From the NCBI GenBank assembly GCA_037379555.1, contig JARRJK010000001.1, forward strand, positions 1-60,867: a stretch of DNA of 60,867 nucleotides, written 5' to 3'. The position numbers and the translations under genes were made by a program. The notes beneath the pieces were generated by a model. That model was not told the origin of the DNA. It searched no databases and saw nothing but the letters and a program-made list of their open reading frames with translations. The stretch is from Anaerolineales bacterium (GTDB taxonomy: Bacteria > Chloroflexota > Anaerolineae > Anaerolineales > E44-bin32). Shown one piece after another: positions 1-11,163 of this stretch (position 1 is the stretch's first letter; every line of letters begins with the position of its first letter).

Positions 1-807
1 GACCGCCTCACGCGCCGGCAGAGCGGCCGGCGGACACAGTCCCGCACCGACCGCAAGCGCGGGCGCTACATCCAATCCCGGCCAGCCCACGAAAAGACTT
101 CCGATATTGCCTTCGACGCGACGATCCGCGCCGCTGCTCCATATCAGCGCTCACGCGCCGCGCAGCGCAACAATGTCTCGTTCGCGATCCTGCCGAAAGA
201 CCTGCAGCGTAAGGTCCGGGTGCGTAAAACCGCCAATCTCGTGCTGTTCGTCGTCGATGCCTCCTGGTCGATGGCGGTCGCTGAACGGATGTCAGCCACC
301 AAGGGCGCGATTCTCTCGCTGCTGACAGACGCTTATCAGCGCCGGGATCGTGTCGGCCTGATTGTGTTTCAGAAGGACCGCGCCCTTACCATCCTGCCTC
401 CAACCAATTCGGTCGAACTCGCGCGGCGGGCATTGATTGATATCCCCGTGGGCGGCAAGACTCCGCTTTCGGCTGGTTTGACTCTCGCGTTCGAGACCTT
501 TCGCAAGGAGCAGGTTGTGCACTCCGACATGCTCCCGCTGATGATTCTGCTCACTGATGGCGCCGGGAATGTCTCGATGAGCTCGCTAGCGCCGCAGGAA
601 GAGGCCCTGCTCGTCGCCGATCAACTGCGAGAGGCCAAGATCCGCTCGGTTGTCATCAATATGGAGCACGCCGCCTTTGACCAGGGCTTGGCTCAAAACC
701 TCGCCGACAGGCTCGGCGGTCCCTGCTACACGCTGCAGGAATTGCGCGCCGAGCATCTTTACCAGGCAGTACGCAAGGAGATGGACGAAGGCAGCCTCGA
801 AACTTGA
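1..807 (+). CDS. VWA-domain protein, Mg-chelatase subunit D (ChlD/BchD)-like C-terminal part; 5' end outside window
   Basis: Frame 1 is open from nt 1 (..GRYIQSRPAHEKTSDIAFDATIRAAAPYQ..) into listed ORF 220..807. MIDAS motif VVDASWSM (DxSxS) and LLTDGAGN are typical of von Willebrand A domains. Confidence 0.8.
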   Translation, partial: DRLTRRQSGRRTQSRTDRKRGRYIQSRPAHEKTSDIAFDATIRAAAPYQRSRAAQRNNVSFAILPKDLQRKVRVRKTANLVLFVVDASWSMAVAERMSATKGAILSLLTDAYQRRDRVGLIVFQKDRALTILPPTNSVELARRALIDIPVGGKTPLSAGLTLAFETFRKEQVVHSDMLPLMILLTDGAGNVSMSSLAPQEEALLVADQLREAKIRSVVINMEHAAFDQGLAQNLADRLGGPCYTLQELRAEHLYQAVRKEMDEGSLET

Positions 808-1262
808 GAGCGCCTGATGACCGCACCCCGCTTCCTCGAAGCATAAGACGAGGAACCCAACGACCGACGCGCTGGCATTTATACCCCGTATGAAGGCCAG
901 CTTCGATCGGGTCCACGTGCAGGCTGTCAGCCCGCGGAAGCGGCAAGGCTTCAGAACACCGCATGTCCCGACGTCCAGGCGATGACAAGAACGAGGTGAG
1001 TATCGGCTCAGGGCTTTCGTGATCCCGGCTGCCTGCAACCCGCCTCTCGCGCACTGGCGCTGCCATCCAGCCGGCGGGCGGGCCTCCCGCTACCCTGCAA
1101 TGTGACCATCGAGAAAGGTAAGAAGGGGGTTGTTGCGCCGTTTGCACGCTCGGCGGGAGTGTTCACATCCGGTTCTTAGGATCGGTCCGCTGAATCGGAA
1201 TCGGTGGTGCTTGGGGCGTGCGATAAGGCGATGAGGGGCGGCGATCGCCGCGCGCGTGGAGT

Positions 1263-2663
1263 TCAACGCGAACCCGGTGTGCTCCCCAGATCCCGCGCAT
1301 CGTTTTTCCGGTTGGTGCGCTCGATCCGGTGCTGGATCTCACCCCACATCTGATCCGTGCGCCAACCCGGTGGCCAATGACTCAGGCATAACAACGCCTT
1401 TTCGGCCCACTCTTTCGCCAACTCCAACTCATGCGCATGCCATTCGTAGTACTTCGCCAGCTCAATGCAGGGATGCGGATCGCCGGGATCGAGGGCATGC
1501 CATTGCTCTAAATGTTCTATCGCTTCGGTACGGCGATCCAGCCGTTTTAGATGCGCGGAGAAATGGCGAAGTGCCTCGAGCCGCAGCTTATCGTCGCCTG
1601 ACTCAAGTGCTGCGCGAAAAGCGGCCTCTGCCGGATCGGCATGCCCTTGATTCTGATGCCAGCGGGCGATTCCCAGCGCCTCGGCCCCGGAGAGATCTGA
1701 AATGACGCCGGCTTTGTGACGGGTGAGCACTTCCCCGGTGAGCGCCACCAAGCTGAGGATGTCGACTGCGTTGTGATATACAACCCGTTCCATGTCTCGC
1801 AGATCGCCGCTGCGCAGGTAGTCGAGGTACATGCCGGGTATCAGAGCGCCGGGCACATCATCCTCCGTCCGCTCCACACCCAGGACTTCCTTCTCCAGTG
1901 TCCCCAGTCGGCAATCGGTCAGGGCCCTTCGCCACAGCCTGCGCGAGGGATACAGTAAATCGAGATGGGGCCAAGCCGTAAGGCCGGGTGCAAGGCGAAC
2001 GGCGATCTGGTAGCGCATCTCGAGCAACGGCAGGTCGAAGGTCCGCCCATTAAACGTGACGAAAGCCGCTCCCCCCTCGAGTGAAGATTGCAAAGCCAGC
2101 AGCATCGCATGCTCCTGCGCCGGGTCGCGCAGGAAGTACTGCCGCAACTGAAATCCATCCGGCGTGAACTGACCGAGCCCAACCAGAAAGACCAGCGTCC
2201 CGGCGCCGCCGGCCAAGCCCGTCGTCTCGGTATCAAGGAAGATCAGGTCACGGGGCTCGAGTTCTCCCAGGCCGGGATCCTGTGCAACCCGGGCTGCCAT
2301 GGCGGGTTCGAAACGCAGCAGGTCCCCAAGGGTCGAGCTCCCGTGTTCATAATCCTGCGTATAGAGCTGTTCAATCAGGTAGGCTGGCCCGGAGGGGGTG
2401 TCGACCGGCTTGCCTAGCCCTCCGGCCACACTGGAAGGGACCGGCGTAGACTTCTTCTTACGGCGGGTGCTGCGTTCACCGCTGAGGCGTCGCAGGCGTT
2501 GATGGAGCCTCGATCGATCGTCTCCTTCCTGCCGACCTGGCATCGATACAGTATCCTCCCGCCGTTCCATCCCGCTCCCAAACCGTCCTGGTAGGTCATC
2601 GCTCGTGAAGAAAGTCACACTGCCACAATGACCTTCAACATTTACCGGTCCGGATACGAGCAA
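1263..2663 (-). CDS. RNase H-like/DEDD exonuclease domain protein (YprB-like) with C-terminal TPR-like repeats
   Basis: DLIFLDTETTGL (exo I), FVTFNGRTFDLPLLEMRY, YHNAVDILSL (exo III), helical repeats at the C-terminus. The listed start is TTG. TATAAT on this strand at 2666..2671 suggests the true start is downstream, e.g. ATG 2570. Confidence 0.7.
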   Translation of the reverse strand: MLVSGPVNVEGHCGSVTFFTSDDLPGRFGSGMERREDTVSMPGRQEGDDRSRLHQRLRRLSGERSTRRKKKSTPVPSSVAGGLGKPVDTPSGPAYLIEQLYTQDYEHGSSTLGDLLRFEPAMAARVAQDPGLGELEPRDLIFLDTETTGLAGGAGTLVFLVGLGQFTPDGFQLRQYFLRDPAQEHAMLLALQSSLEGGAAFVTFNGRTFDLPLLEMRYQIAVRLAPGLTAWPHLDLLYPSRRLWRRALTDCRLGTLEKEVLGVERTEDDVPGALIPGMYLDYLRSGDLRDMERVVYHNAVDILSLVALTGEVLTRHKAGVISDLSGAEALGIARWHQNQGHADPAEAAFRAALESGDDKLRLEALRHFSAHLKRLDRRTEAIEHLEQWHALDPGDPHPCIELAKYYEWHAHELELAKEWAEKALLCLSHWPPGWRTDQMWGEIQHRIERTNRKNDARDLGSTPGSR

Positions 2664-2777
2664 GTATTATAACGCTCGGAGACGAGAGACGGGGCACCCC
2701 TACGCTCATCGCTGTCTCCTCCTTTGGCGAAGGCCTCCGCCGGGTTACCCCCCTCACCGCCCCGGCGGAGGCGCCGT

Positions 2778-4679
2778 TTAAACCAAAGAGCGGCCCTTCA
2801 GGGCTTCCCGGGATTCCACCCAGATGCGCCCCTTATGTTGCTCCACGATCGACTTCACGATCGAGAGGCCCAGGCCGGTGCCGGCAGACTCGAGCGGTAC
2901 ATTGCTGGCGCGGAAGAACTTGTCGAACAGGAAAGGCTGATCGCTGGCGGGAATGCCCATCCCGGTGTCTCTCACGCGCAGGATCAGCTGCTGGTCTTCC
3001 ACTTCAGTCTCGAGCCGCACCTCACCACCGGCAGGCGTGTACTTGATGGCGTTGCTGAGCAGGTTTCCGATCATCTGCCGTAGGCGGATGGGATCCCCAT
3101 GGAGCAGCGGCAGATCCCCGGCGATGCTGGTGGCCAGCCTGACGCCTTTGACATCGGCTTCGCTTTTCAACCCCTGAACTGCGTAATGGGCGAGAACTGC
3201 AAGCTGGGTCTCCTCTTTGGTTGTATCCAGCCCGGATTCGATCCGCCCGAGATCCAGCAGGTCGGTCACCAGATCGGTGATCTGTTCGACGCTCAGCCGC
3301 ACACGGTTCAGAAAGTCGACCTGTTCCGGAGTCAGTGGGCCGGCCCGGTCGATTAACTCAACATACCCGAGGATTGCCGTTAGAGGCGAACGCAGGTCAT
3401 GCGAGACGGTGGTGACGAATTCCGATTTGATCCGGTCCAATTCCTTCAAATGAGAGATATCATGCAGAATCACTGTCTGGCCCACGCCGCGGATGGGGGT
3501 GCAGGAGGCGCTGAACACCCGCCCGTCATCAAACGTGATCTCATCGTGTTGGCTGAGCGGGCCTTCTCCCCGCAACATCGACAGCAGCTGAGGCTCATCG
3601 AAGACTTCGACCGCCGGCAAGCCCTCGCACTCGCCCTCAATCCCGAAAATCGCCCGCGCCGTCGGGTTGATCAGCAGCATCCTGTTCTCATTATCCACAA
3701 CGATCAAGCCGCTTTCCGACTGGGTCAGGATCGTCTCGAGCTTCCGCCGTTGATCGTCGCTGCGGTTGAAAAGCTGGGCGTTTTCGATCGCGATCGCTGC
3801 GAAATCGGCCATCGAGGTCAGCAGCTTTACGTCCTCGCTGTTCAAAGCCCTGCCAGCCTTGCGGTTATCGACCCCAAGCACGCCGATCACGCGTCCTTGC
3901 ATGCGCAACGGAACATAGATCAGGCTGTGGACGAGGTATGCGGTTTTAATCTTCTGCGGCGAGGTCTCGTCGAGCAGGACCGGCTCGCCCCGTTCCAGCA
4001 CCGAACCGGCCAGCGAATCGCGCACTTGCAGCCTGAAGGTGCGCGCGAACTCATCGTCGAAATTCTTCGAGGCGCGCATATAGAGTTCGCCGCTCTCGGG
4101 CTCGAGCAGCAACAGGCTGCCTTCCTCCGCGCCCGTCAGGCGCACGGATTCTTCCACCACGGTCGTCAGCACCTGATCAAGATCGAGGACAGAGGTCACC
4201 TCACGCCCGATGCGCGCAAGGGCTTCGAGTTCCTTCACCCGGCGGGCCAGCCGGCCATTGGTCGGCCTCGTATCCTGGAAAGAGGGGCTGGAAGAACGCG
4301 CCGGCCGCTTGAGCTTGAGCGCACGGCCGACAGCTGCCAGCAGTTGCTCGGCTTCGAACGGCTTGGTGAGGAAATCGACGGCTCCCGCCCGCAGAGCTTC
4401 CAGCATGAGGTCCTTGCTGGCCTCGCTTGTCATCAAGATCACCGGGATCTGAGGCAGGTCCCGCTGCAGGCGCTCTGCCAGCTCAAGCCCGCTCAGGCTG
4501 GGCATGTTGTGGTCGGTAATCACCAGTTGCGGCATCAAATTATGGGCAAAAGCCAGGGCAGCTATGCCATCGCCTACAGCCTGCACGCGAAAACCAGCTG
4601 GCCTGAGGACGGATTCCTCCAGAAACTGGCGGATGGCTTCGCTATCCTCGGCAAGCAGAATCAGCTTCTCATCCATCAT
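2778..4679 (-). CDS. Hybrid sensor histidine kinase (REC-GAF-PAS-HisKA-HATPase)
   Basis: N-terminal receiver (LILLAEDSE.., ITDHNMPSLSG, TKPF), GAF, PAS, H-box SHDLRSPLTAI, ATPase boxes [26 protein letters not shown]. Confidence 0.9.
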   Translation of the reverse strand: MMDEKLILLAEDSEAIRQFLEESVLRPAGFRVQAVGDGIAALAFAHNLMPQLVITDHNMPSLSGLELAERLQRDLPQIPVILMTSEASKDLMLEALRAGAVDFLTKPFEAEQLLAAVGRALKLKRPARSSSPSFQDTRPTNGRLARRVKELEALARIGREVTSVLDLDQVLTTVVEESVRLTGAEEGSLLLLEPESGELYMRASKNFDDEFARTFRLQVRDSLAGSVLERGEPVLLDETSPQKIKTAYLVHSLIYVPLRMQGRVIGVLGVDNRKAGRALNSEDVKLLTSMADFAAIAIENAQLFNRSDDQRRKLETILTQSESGLIVVDNENRMLLINPTARAIFGIEGECEGLPAVEVFDEPQLLSMLRGEGPLSQHDEITFDDGRVFSASCTPIRGVGQTVILHDISHLKELDRIKSEFVTTVSHDLRSPLTAILGYVELIDRAGPLTPEQVDFLNRVRLSVEQITDLVTDLLDLGRIESGLDTTKEETQLAVLAHYAVQGLKSEADVKGVRLATSIAGDLPLLHGDPIRLRQMIGNLLSNAIKYTPAGGEVRLETEVEDQQLILRVRDTGMGIPASDQPFLFDKFFRASNVPLESAGTGLGLSIVKSIVEQHKGRIWVESREALKGRSLV

Positions 4680-4766
4680 CCAGACGGACCTCGAATCTCG
4701 ATTTCTTCACACGCATTCACCTTACCGCAGGGTTGCCATGTTGGGAGCATGTAGAGCTCGGAGTGC

Positions 4767-5927
4767 TCAAGCGCCTTCGTCGGGCGGGCTGATCTTCGAA
4801 ATTAAGTCCAGGATCACGTCCAGATCTTCCTGGACGATCCCCAGCCGACCTTTGTATGTGCCTTGTTCGTCCTCGTCCATCAGCGTCGCGAGTTCGGCCT
4901 GGGCCGCGCGCACACTCCGGTGGACATCGCCCAACCAGCGCCCATCGATCTCCCCCCGGCTGCCGCGAATCTGACTCTCCAGCCGCTGGGCGCGGTCCTC
5001 AAGGGCTTGGAACAACCTGGCGTTGACGAGCGAGATGGAGGCATAATCCGCAACGGCCTCAAGCATAACCAGCTGCCGCTCCGTAAATGGACGCGCGCCG
5101 GTCCGGGCAACGCAAATCACACCGATTGGTTGATCGCGCACTTTAATCGGAGCGATCAGCGCCGAGGCGGCGAATTGAGCGAGCTTGAACTTGGTCAGCC
5201 CCTCGCCGTGAATAGCGAGCGCCTCCCCGGAGAGCATGACCAAAGAACTGACGCCATCGTCCCAGGGCTGGTGCACCTGGGCAGATACACCTGCCGGCAG
5301 GTTGCGCTCCGCCCGCAGGATAAGCGCATCCGAGTCATCGGTTCGCAGCAGCACCCAGCCCATGTCGGCTTCGGTGACGTACAGGCTGCCTTCCATGAGC
5401 TTGTTGAAAAGCTGTCCCTGATGAGTTGTTGAAGTGACCGTCTTTCCAAGGCCGAACAGCGTGGTCAGCTCCCGCACCCTGCGTTCCAGCTGGCGGTTGC
5501 TCTCAGCCAGTTGTTCCGCTAACTGGCGGTGCTCCCGGCGCAGGCGGATCTCGGTGACCACCCGCTCCAGAGCGGCGATCACCTCCGCTTCCCGCAGTGG
5601 TTTGACCAGGTAATCATGCGCACCCAGCCGGAAAGCCTGGATGGCATCGGCTTCCATCCCCTGCTTGGCAGTGACCAGCATGGGGACATCCGTGCCCTGG
5701 GCGCGCAGCGCCACCAGCAAATCCTTACCACTCAACCCCGGCAGCGTCAGGCTGGCGATAATCATGTCCGGCCCGAACTGCAGGGCTTTCTGGATCGCCG
5801 CGCCGGCTTCGCTGGCTGTTGCCACCTGATAACCCTGCGGCTTTAGAATCTGTCGCGCCAGCAGGTCAAGCGTATCGGGATCTTCGTCTACGATCAGGAT
5901 CCGTTCCAGGCGCACTCCGTCCACCAT
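4767..5927 (-). CDS. Response regulator, receiver + GAF domain, no recognisable output domain
   Basis: [14 protein letters not shown].., [17 protein letters not shown] receiver motifs; coiled linker; GAF-like core ([11 protein letters not shown].., PIGVICVAR). Confidence 0.85.
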   Translation of the reverse strand: MVDGVRLERILIVDEDPDTLDLLARQILKPQGYQVATASEAGAAIQKALQFGPDMIIASLTLPGLSGKDLLVALRAQGTDVPMLVTAKQGMEADAIQAFRLGAHDYLVKPLREAEVIAALERVVTEIRLRREHRQLAEQLAESNRQLERRVRELTTLFGLGKTVTSTTHQGQLFNKLMEGSLYVTEADMGWVLLRTDDSDALILRAERNLPAGVSAQVHQPWDDGVSSLVMLSGEALAIHGEGLTKFKLAQFAASALIAPIKVRDQPIGVICVARTGARPFTERQLVMLEAVADYASISLVNARLFQALEDRAQRLESQIRGSRGEIDGRWLGDVHRSVRAAQAELATLMDEDEQGTYKGRLGIVQEDLDVILDLISKISPPDEGA

Positions 5928-5933
5928 GTGAGT

Positions 5934-5942
5934 ATGATAGCA
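5934..5942 (-). promoter_or_regulatory. Extended -10 element TGCTATCAT, 6 nt from ATG 5927 (leaderless candidate)
   Basis: Minus-strand TGCTATCAT-actcac-ATG read directly; no room for an SD. Confidence 0.5.
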
Positions 5943-5997
5943 CGGATTGCACCCGCCCTTTCTCCCCCGCTAGTCCCCCGAGTCCTGAGCCGGGGCG

Positions 5998-6006
5998 TGT
6001 TAGAAT
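5998..6006 (+). promoter_or_regulatory. Extended -10 element TGTTAGAAT upstream of the cbpA-like operon
   Basis: TGTTAGAAT lies 75 nt before ATG 6081. Confidence 0.45.
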
Positions 6007-6080
6007 CTAGATGTGCCAACCCCCGGCTCATACAAACTTTCTACACAACAGAAACATGCAACGGGGAAGATCGCGGGAAG

Positions 6081-7004
6081 ATGGAATACAAAGACTACTA
6101 TCAAACTCTCGGCGTCGACCGCAAAGCAAGTGCGGAAGAGATCAAGCGGCAGTACCGCAAACTGGCCCTTAAATATCACCCGGATAAGAATCCGGACGAT
6201 CCGAGTGCCGAAGGCCGCTTCAAGGAGATCAATGAAGCCTATGAAGTGCTTGGCGATCCCGAGAAACGAGCCAAGTACGATCAGCTCGGCTCGTCCTACC
6301 GGGATTGGGAGCGCATGGGCGGTCAGCCTGGAGGGTTCGACTGGTCGCAGTGGGCCGGCGGCGCGCCCGGCGGCGTGCGGGTTGAGGTTGGCGACCTGGG
6401 GGAGATGTTCGGAGGCGGTTTCTCGGACTTCTTTAATGCCATCTTCGGCGGCATGGGCGGCCAGCCGCGCCAGGCACGCCAGACCCGGAGTGCCGGCGGG
6501 CGCGGGCGTGATATCGAGCAGCCGATACAGATCACGCTTCAGGAAGCCTACTCGGGGACGACCCGTTCTTTTCGCCGCGACGGCAAAACCCTGGAAGTGA
6601 CCATCCCACCCGGCACGAAGACCGGCACGAAAATCCGCGTCAGCGGGAAAGGGGAGAGCGGCCAGCGTCAATCGGGCGACCTGTTTCTTGTTGTCAATGT
6701 CAGCCCGGATCAGCGCTTCCGGCGTGAGGGCGATGACCTGCATGCCGACGTGGAGGTCGATCTCTACACCGCCGTTCTCGGCGGCGAAGTGACAGTGCCC
6801 ACTCCGGGCGGTGATGTCGTGCTCACCATCCCGCCCGGCAGCCAGCCCGGCCAGAGCTTTCGCTTGAAACGGCGCGGCATGCCCAAATTACGCGGTAAAG
6901 GCCAGGGCGACCTCTTCGCCCATCTCACCGTTAACCTTCCGAAGAAACTGACCAAGAAAGAGCGCGAGACGTTCGAATCACTTGCAAAGGAACGAGATAC
7001 ATAG
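6081..7004 (+). CDS. cbpA: J-domain co-chaperone, CbpA-type (DnaJ class B, no zinc finger)
   Basis: [12 protein letters not shown].., HPD motif ([10 protein letters not shown]), G/F-rich region, two C-terminal beta domains, no CxxCxGxG. The ORF track start 5928 is an upstream extension. ATG 6081 follows GGGAAG. Confidence 0.85.
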   Translation: MEYKDYYQTLGVDRKASAEEIKRQYRKLALKYHPDKNPDDPSAEGRFKEINEAYEVLGDPEKRAKYDQLGSSYRDWERMGGQPGGFDWSQWAGGAPGGVRVEVGDLGEMFGGGFSDFFNAIFGGMGGQPRQARQTRSAGGRGRDIEQPIQITLQEAYSGTTRSFRRDGKTLEVTIPPGTKTGTKIRVSGKGESGQRQSGDLFLVVNVSPDQRFRREGDDLHADVEVDLYTAVLGGEVTVPTPGGDVVLTIPPGSQPGQSFRLKRRGMPKLRGKGQGDLFAHLTVNLPKKLTKKERETFESLAKERDT

Positions 7005-7047
7005 AAAACCGCAGGTGATCGATCGCCGCATCGAGGACTGGTAGATC

Positions 7048-8256
<1,209 letters not shown>

Positions 8257-8303
8257 CGGCTGCGAACTGTTATCCGACATCTGGAGGAATCGGGAGGCCA
8301 GCT

Positions 8304-9410
8304 ATGTTAAGCGACCACATTCTGCAGGACCTGATCGCATTTAAACCCGCCGCCCCTGTACTCAGTGTGTACCTCGATGTGGACCCCCTCAGCGGTGCAG
8401 CCGACACCGCCCGCTTGCGGCTGCGCCAGATGCTCAAGGATTATGAGGCTCATGCCCCGGAGGACATCGAAAGGATTCTCCGCTACATCGACCATGAATT
8501 CGACGGCTCTGGCCGCAGCCTGGCTCTGTTCTCATGTGCAGCGGCAGGTTTCTTCCGGGATTTCACCTTCGCCATCCCGCTCCGCAGCCGGGCACGCTTG
8601 CTCGAGACGCCCTACGTTAAGCCCCTGGCCGATCTGCTCGAAAATTACGGTCACTTCGGTGTGGCCGTCGTCGACAGCCAGGGCGCACGCCTGTTCCATT
8701 TCCATCTCGGTGAGTTGATCAAGCAGGATGGTACGGCCGGTGAAAGCGTCCGCAGCAGCAAACACGGCGCTGGCTCGAGCGCTCCCGGCAGGCGAACCAG
8801 CGTCGCCGACCCAGCCCGCGCCAGCGACGAGACGATCGAGCGTAACTTACGCCAATCGGCAGAATTTGCGGCAGATTTCTTTGCCGCTAATAATGTCCGC
8901 CGCGTGCTGGTCGGCGGAACCGAGCCCATCCCGCAGCGCTTTATCGAGCTGCTGCCGAAGCGCTGGCAGTCGCTGACGCTGGGTACGTTTCCGGTTGAAA
9001 TGACGGCCGGACACGTTCTGGTGCTCGAAAAGGCGATGTCTCTGGCGAAATCGGCCGAGCAGTTGAAGGATCAACGCCTGATGGAGGCGATCATCACCGC
9101 CGCCGCGAAAGGCGCCGAGGCAGTGACCCGACTCGAGGATACGCTCGAGGCAGTTCACTCCGGCAAGGTGCAGACACTCGTGATTCGCGATGGGTACCGT
9201 GCCCCCGGCCACCGCTGCCGGAACTGCGGTTATCTTTCGATGCGTTCCCAGCCGTCCTGCCCGTTCTGCGGCGGCGATTTCGAATATATCGAGGATGCCG
9301 TGGAATTCGCCATTCAACGCGTGATCTCCGACGGGGGCGATGTGCAGGTTGTACACGGCAACCCCCTGCTGGAGCACATGGGCAATATCGGCGCCCTGCT
9401 GCGCTACTAG
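8304..9410 (+). CDS. eRF1/Pelota-like (bacterial archaeo-eukaryotic release-factor-like) protein with C-terminal zinc ribbon
   Basis: GVAVVDSQGARLFHF, VRSSKHGAGSS in the position of eRF1 KKHGRGGQS (no GGQ), VRRVLVGGTEP, EAVTRLEDTLEAVHSGKVQTLVI, CRNCGY..CPFCGG. GGGAGG RBS lies upstream of ATG 8304. Confidence 0.7.
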   Translation: MLSDHILQDLIAFKPAAPVLSVYLDVDPLSGAADTARLRLRQMLKDYEAHAPEDIERILRYIDHEFDGSGRSLALFSCAAAGFFRDFTFAIPLRSRARLLETPYVKPLADLLENYGHFGVAVVDSQGARLFHFHLGELIKQDGTAGESVRSSKHGAGSSAPGRRTSVADPARASDETIERNLRQSAEFAADFFAANNVRRVLVGGTEPIPQRFIELLPKRWQSLTLGTFPVEMTAGHVLVLEKAMSLAKSAEQLKDQRLMEAIITAAAKGAEAVTRLEDTLEAVHSGKVQTLVIRDGYRAPGHRCRNCGYLSMRSQPSCPFCGGDFEYIEDAVEFAIQRVISDGGDVQVVHGNPLLEHMGNIGALLRY

Positions 9411-9433
9411 GCTTCCAGGCGCAGCAGATTGTA

Positions 9434-9458
9434 AGGATCTTCCCAGGGGCTGGCATTC
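9434..9458 (+). terminator. Hairpin after the eRF1-like gene (weak U-tract)
   Basis: CAGGGGCTGG-cattc-CCAGCCCCTG, followed by ctctcgtc. Confidence 0.4.
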
Positions 9459-9552
9459 CCAGCCCCTGCTCTCGTCCCAAGGCACCTGATAAATTCCGTA
9501 GATGGGATGCGACGCGCAGCACGCTGCGCCCCCGGGCCCTGCCGGCGGACCC

Positions 9553-9586
9553 CAATAAACAAAGGCCGCACGGAGCCGTGCGGCCT
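9553..9586 (-). terminator. Intrinsic terminator after the coiled-coil operon
   Basis: Minus strand GGCCGCACGG-CT-CCGTGCGGCC followed by TTTGTTTATT. Confidence 0.6.
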
Positions 9587-9613
9587 GAAAGTGAGCATCC
9601 GTTGCTCGGGCGG

Positions 9614-10276
9614 TTAATCGCCGAAGAGTGAGCGCTCCAATGAGAGCAGGTTATTTGCCAGGATCTCGAGATCACGGCGCGCCGCAAACTCGTCGCTATC
9701 AACCTCCTCCTTCACCAGGGTTAATCGCTCCCGCAAACCTTTCACCGTATCCGCCTGTGAGCCCTCCAGATCTGATTCCAGACCACTCAAGCGGGCATCG
9801 GTCCCTGTTAAAGCGGCCTTGGCGGCAACCGCATCTTCCTGCGCCATTGCCAATTGTGCGCTGGTCACGTCGACCAGGACGAAGAGCAGATCAAGGTGCT
9901 GGCTGCTTCGCTTGAGTTGTGCCTGCAGCGACTCGTTTTCCGCTTCAAACGGTGACAGGCGTGTTACCTCCGCCTGGAGAGATGCGACCTGTGCTTCAGC
10001 GGACTGCGCACGCTGCTCCAGGCTTGCGATACGGTCACGCTGGGGCTGAACTTGAGTCAGCCAGCAAGCGCCGACACCAAGCGCAAATACCAGCAGGACG
10101 ACAACCGCCCAGACCAGGATACGGCGCAGAAGGCCCGGTCCGGAAGGTTCCGGTTCCGCGGATTCTGGCTCAACGGGCGGCTCCGGTTCCGGCGCCTGCA
10201 CGCCTGCTTCGAAAGCCGGCTCTGGTTCAGTCGGTTCAGGCTCCACGCCCAGGTTTGCGTTCTCTTCTTCCGGCAT
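9614..10276 (-). CDS. Bitopic membrane protein: acidic/Pro-rich N-tail, one TM helix, long coiled coil
   Basis: EPEPTEPEP.. tail, RRILVWAVVVLLVFALGVGACWL TM preceded by RR, heptad-rich remainder (ASLEQRAQSAEAQVASLQAEV..). AGGAGAGG RBS. Confidence 0.7.
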   Translation of the reverse strand: MPEEENANLGVEPEPTEPEPAFEAGVQAPEPEPPVEPESAEPEPSGPGLLRRILVWAVVVLLVFALGVGACWLTQVQPQRDRIASLEQRAQSAEAQVASLQAEVTRLSPFEAENESLQAQLKRSSQHLDLLFVLVDVTSAQLAMAQEDAVAAKAALTGTDARLSGLESDLEGSQADTVKGLRERLTLVKEEVDSDEFAARRDLEILANNLLSLERSLFGD

Positions 10277-10293
10277 TGCTGCACCTCTCCTGG

Positions 10294-11163
10294 CTATTCA
10301 GTCCCGCTCGTGATGGGGGCGGCGAGGGTCGATGAGGTAAGGTCGATGAGCAGCTTCCAGGCGATCTCGAGCTCATCTTCCGCTACCGCCGGCCGGCTGA
10401 GCACTTCCCTCAAGGCCGCCTGCAGGTGATCGCTGGCTTGGTTGAGTTCAGGTTCAGCCGGTGCGGTTTCGTCCCCGCCCGGCTGGCCACCGACGAGTAT
10501 AGTCAATATATCACTCGCCGCGCCAAGATCCGATTGTGCCAGGCCCAAGTTCAGTTGGTTCAGTGACAGGCGGGCGCGGGTCATGATTGTCATCGCTCGC
10601 AGCAATTGCAAATTGCGCGCGACCTGCTGGGCCGGCAGTTCCTGGCCGGCGACCATATCCTCGACATCCTGCATGCGCGTGTTCAGCGCTTCCTGTTCTG
10701 CAATGAGTTCGTCCAGCTGGTCCTGCAACTGATCCACGTCCTCCAAGCGCGAGGACAATCCGCTCAGATCCTCACGCTGGATGCCAGCTTTCGCTTCGAG
10801 CTCAGAGAGCTGTTCGTTGATGGCCGCGGCACGCCCTTCGAGTTCCGCCAGCCGCTTGCGAGTCTGGGTTGCAGAATTCTCCTGATCCGATGCCAGCCGA
10901 TCGATTTGAAATTGCAGGTCTTCGAAGCGTGAATCGATCGTGCGCAGCGGCTCGATGGCATCGCGGTACAGTTTGATCGCTCCATAGTAGAGGCCGGCAC
11001 CGAGCGCGGCACCGAGCACGAGCACCAGCAGCAGCCGGAGCAGCACGCGCCCGATCCTGCCGGCCAGAGTCGGTCCGGCTGTGCCCGCAGGAGCGGGAGC
11101 CGATGGCTTTTCCACCGGGGTCTCTTCCAGCGGCTCCGCCTCGGGTTTCATATCCTCAGTCAT
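10294..11163 (-). CDS. Bitopic membrane protein with long coiled coil (same architecture as 9614..10276)
   Basis: Acidic N-tail, RIGRVLLRLLLVLVLGAALGAGLYYGAI TM, ~200 aa coiled coil. The start overlaps the upstream stop (ATGA at 11160..11163). Confidence 0.7.
   Translation of the reverse strand: MTEDMKPEAEPLEETPVEKPSAPAPAGTAGPTLAGRIGRVLLRLLLVLVLGAALGAGLYYGAIKLYRDAIEPLRTIDSRFEDLQFQIDRLASDQENSATQTRKRLAELEGRAAAINEQLSELEAKAGIQREDLSGLSSRLEDVDQLQDQLDELIAEQEALNTRMQDVEDMVAGQELPAQQVARNLQLLRAMTIMTRARLSLNQLNLGLAQSDLGAASDILTILVGGQPGGDETAPAEPELNQASDHLQAALREVLSRPAVAEDELEIAWKLLIDLTSSTLAAPITSGTE

Noticed and set aside
1040-1110. Possible cobalamin riboswitch (CCCGCTACCCTGCAATGTGA, GCGCACTGG) next to a chelatase-like gene.
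   Set aside because: The elements are in the wrong order and no B12 box (..AGCCnGGAGACCTGCC..) is present. The region lies between convergent stops, so there is no downstream gene to regulate.
3399-4754. Long antisense ORFs: 451 aa at 3399..4754(+), and also 42490..43524(+), 17809..18774(+), 55481..56320(+), 26541..27293(+) and 28870..29694(-).
   Set aside because: All lie opposite genes with strong domain evidence. Their products are Arg/Ala/Gly/Pro-rich and low-complexity, with no RBS. This is the expected artefact of high GC content and not overlapping genes.
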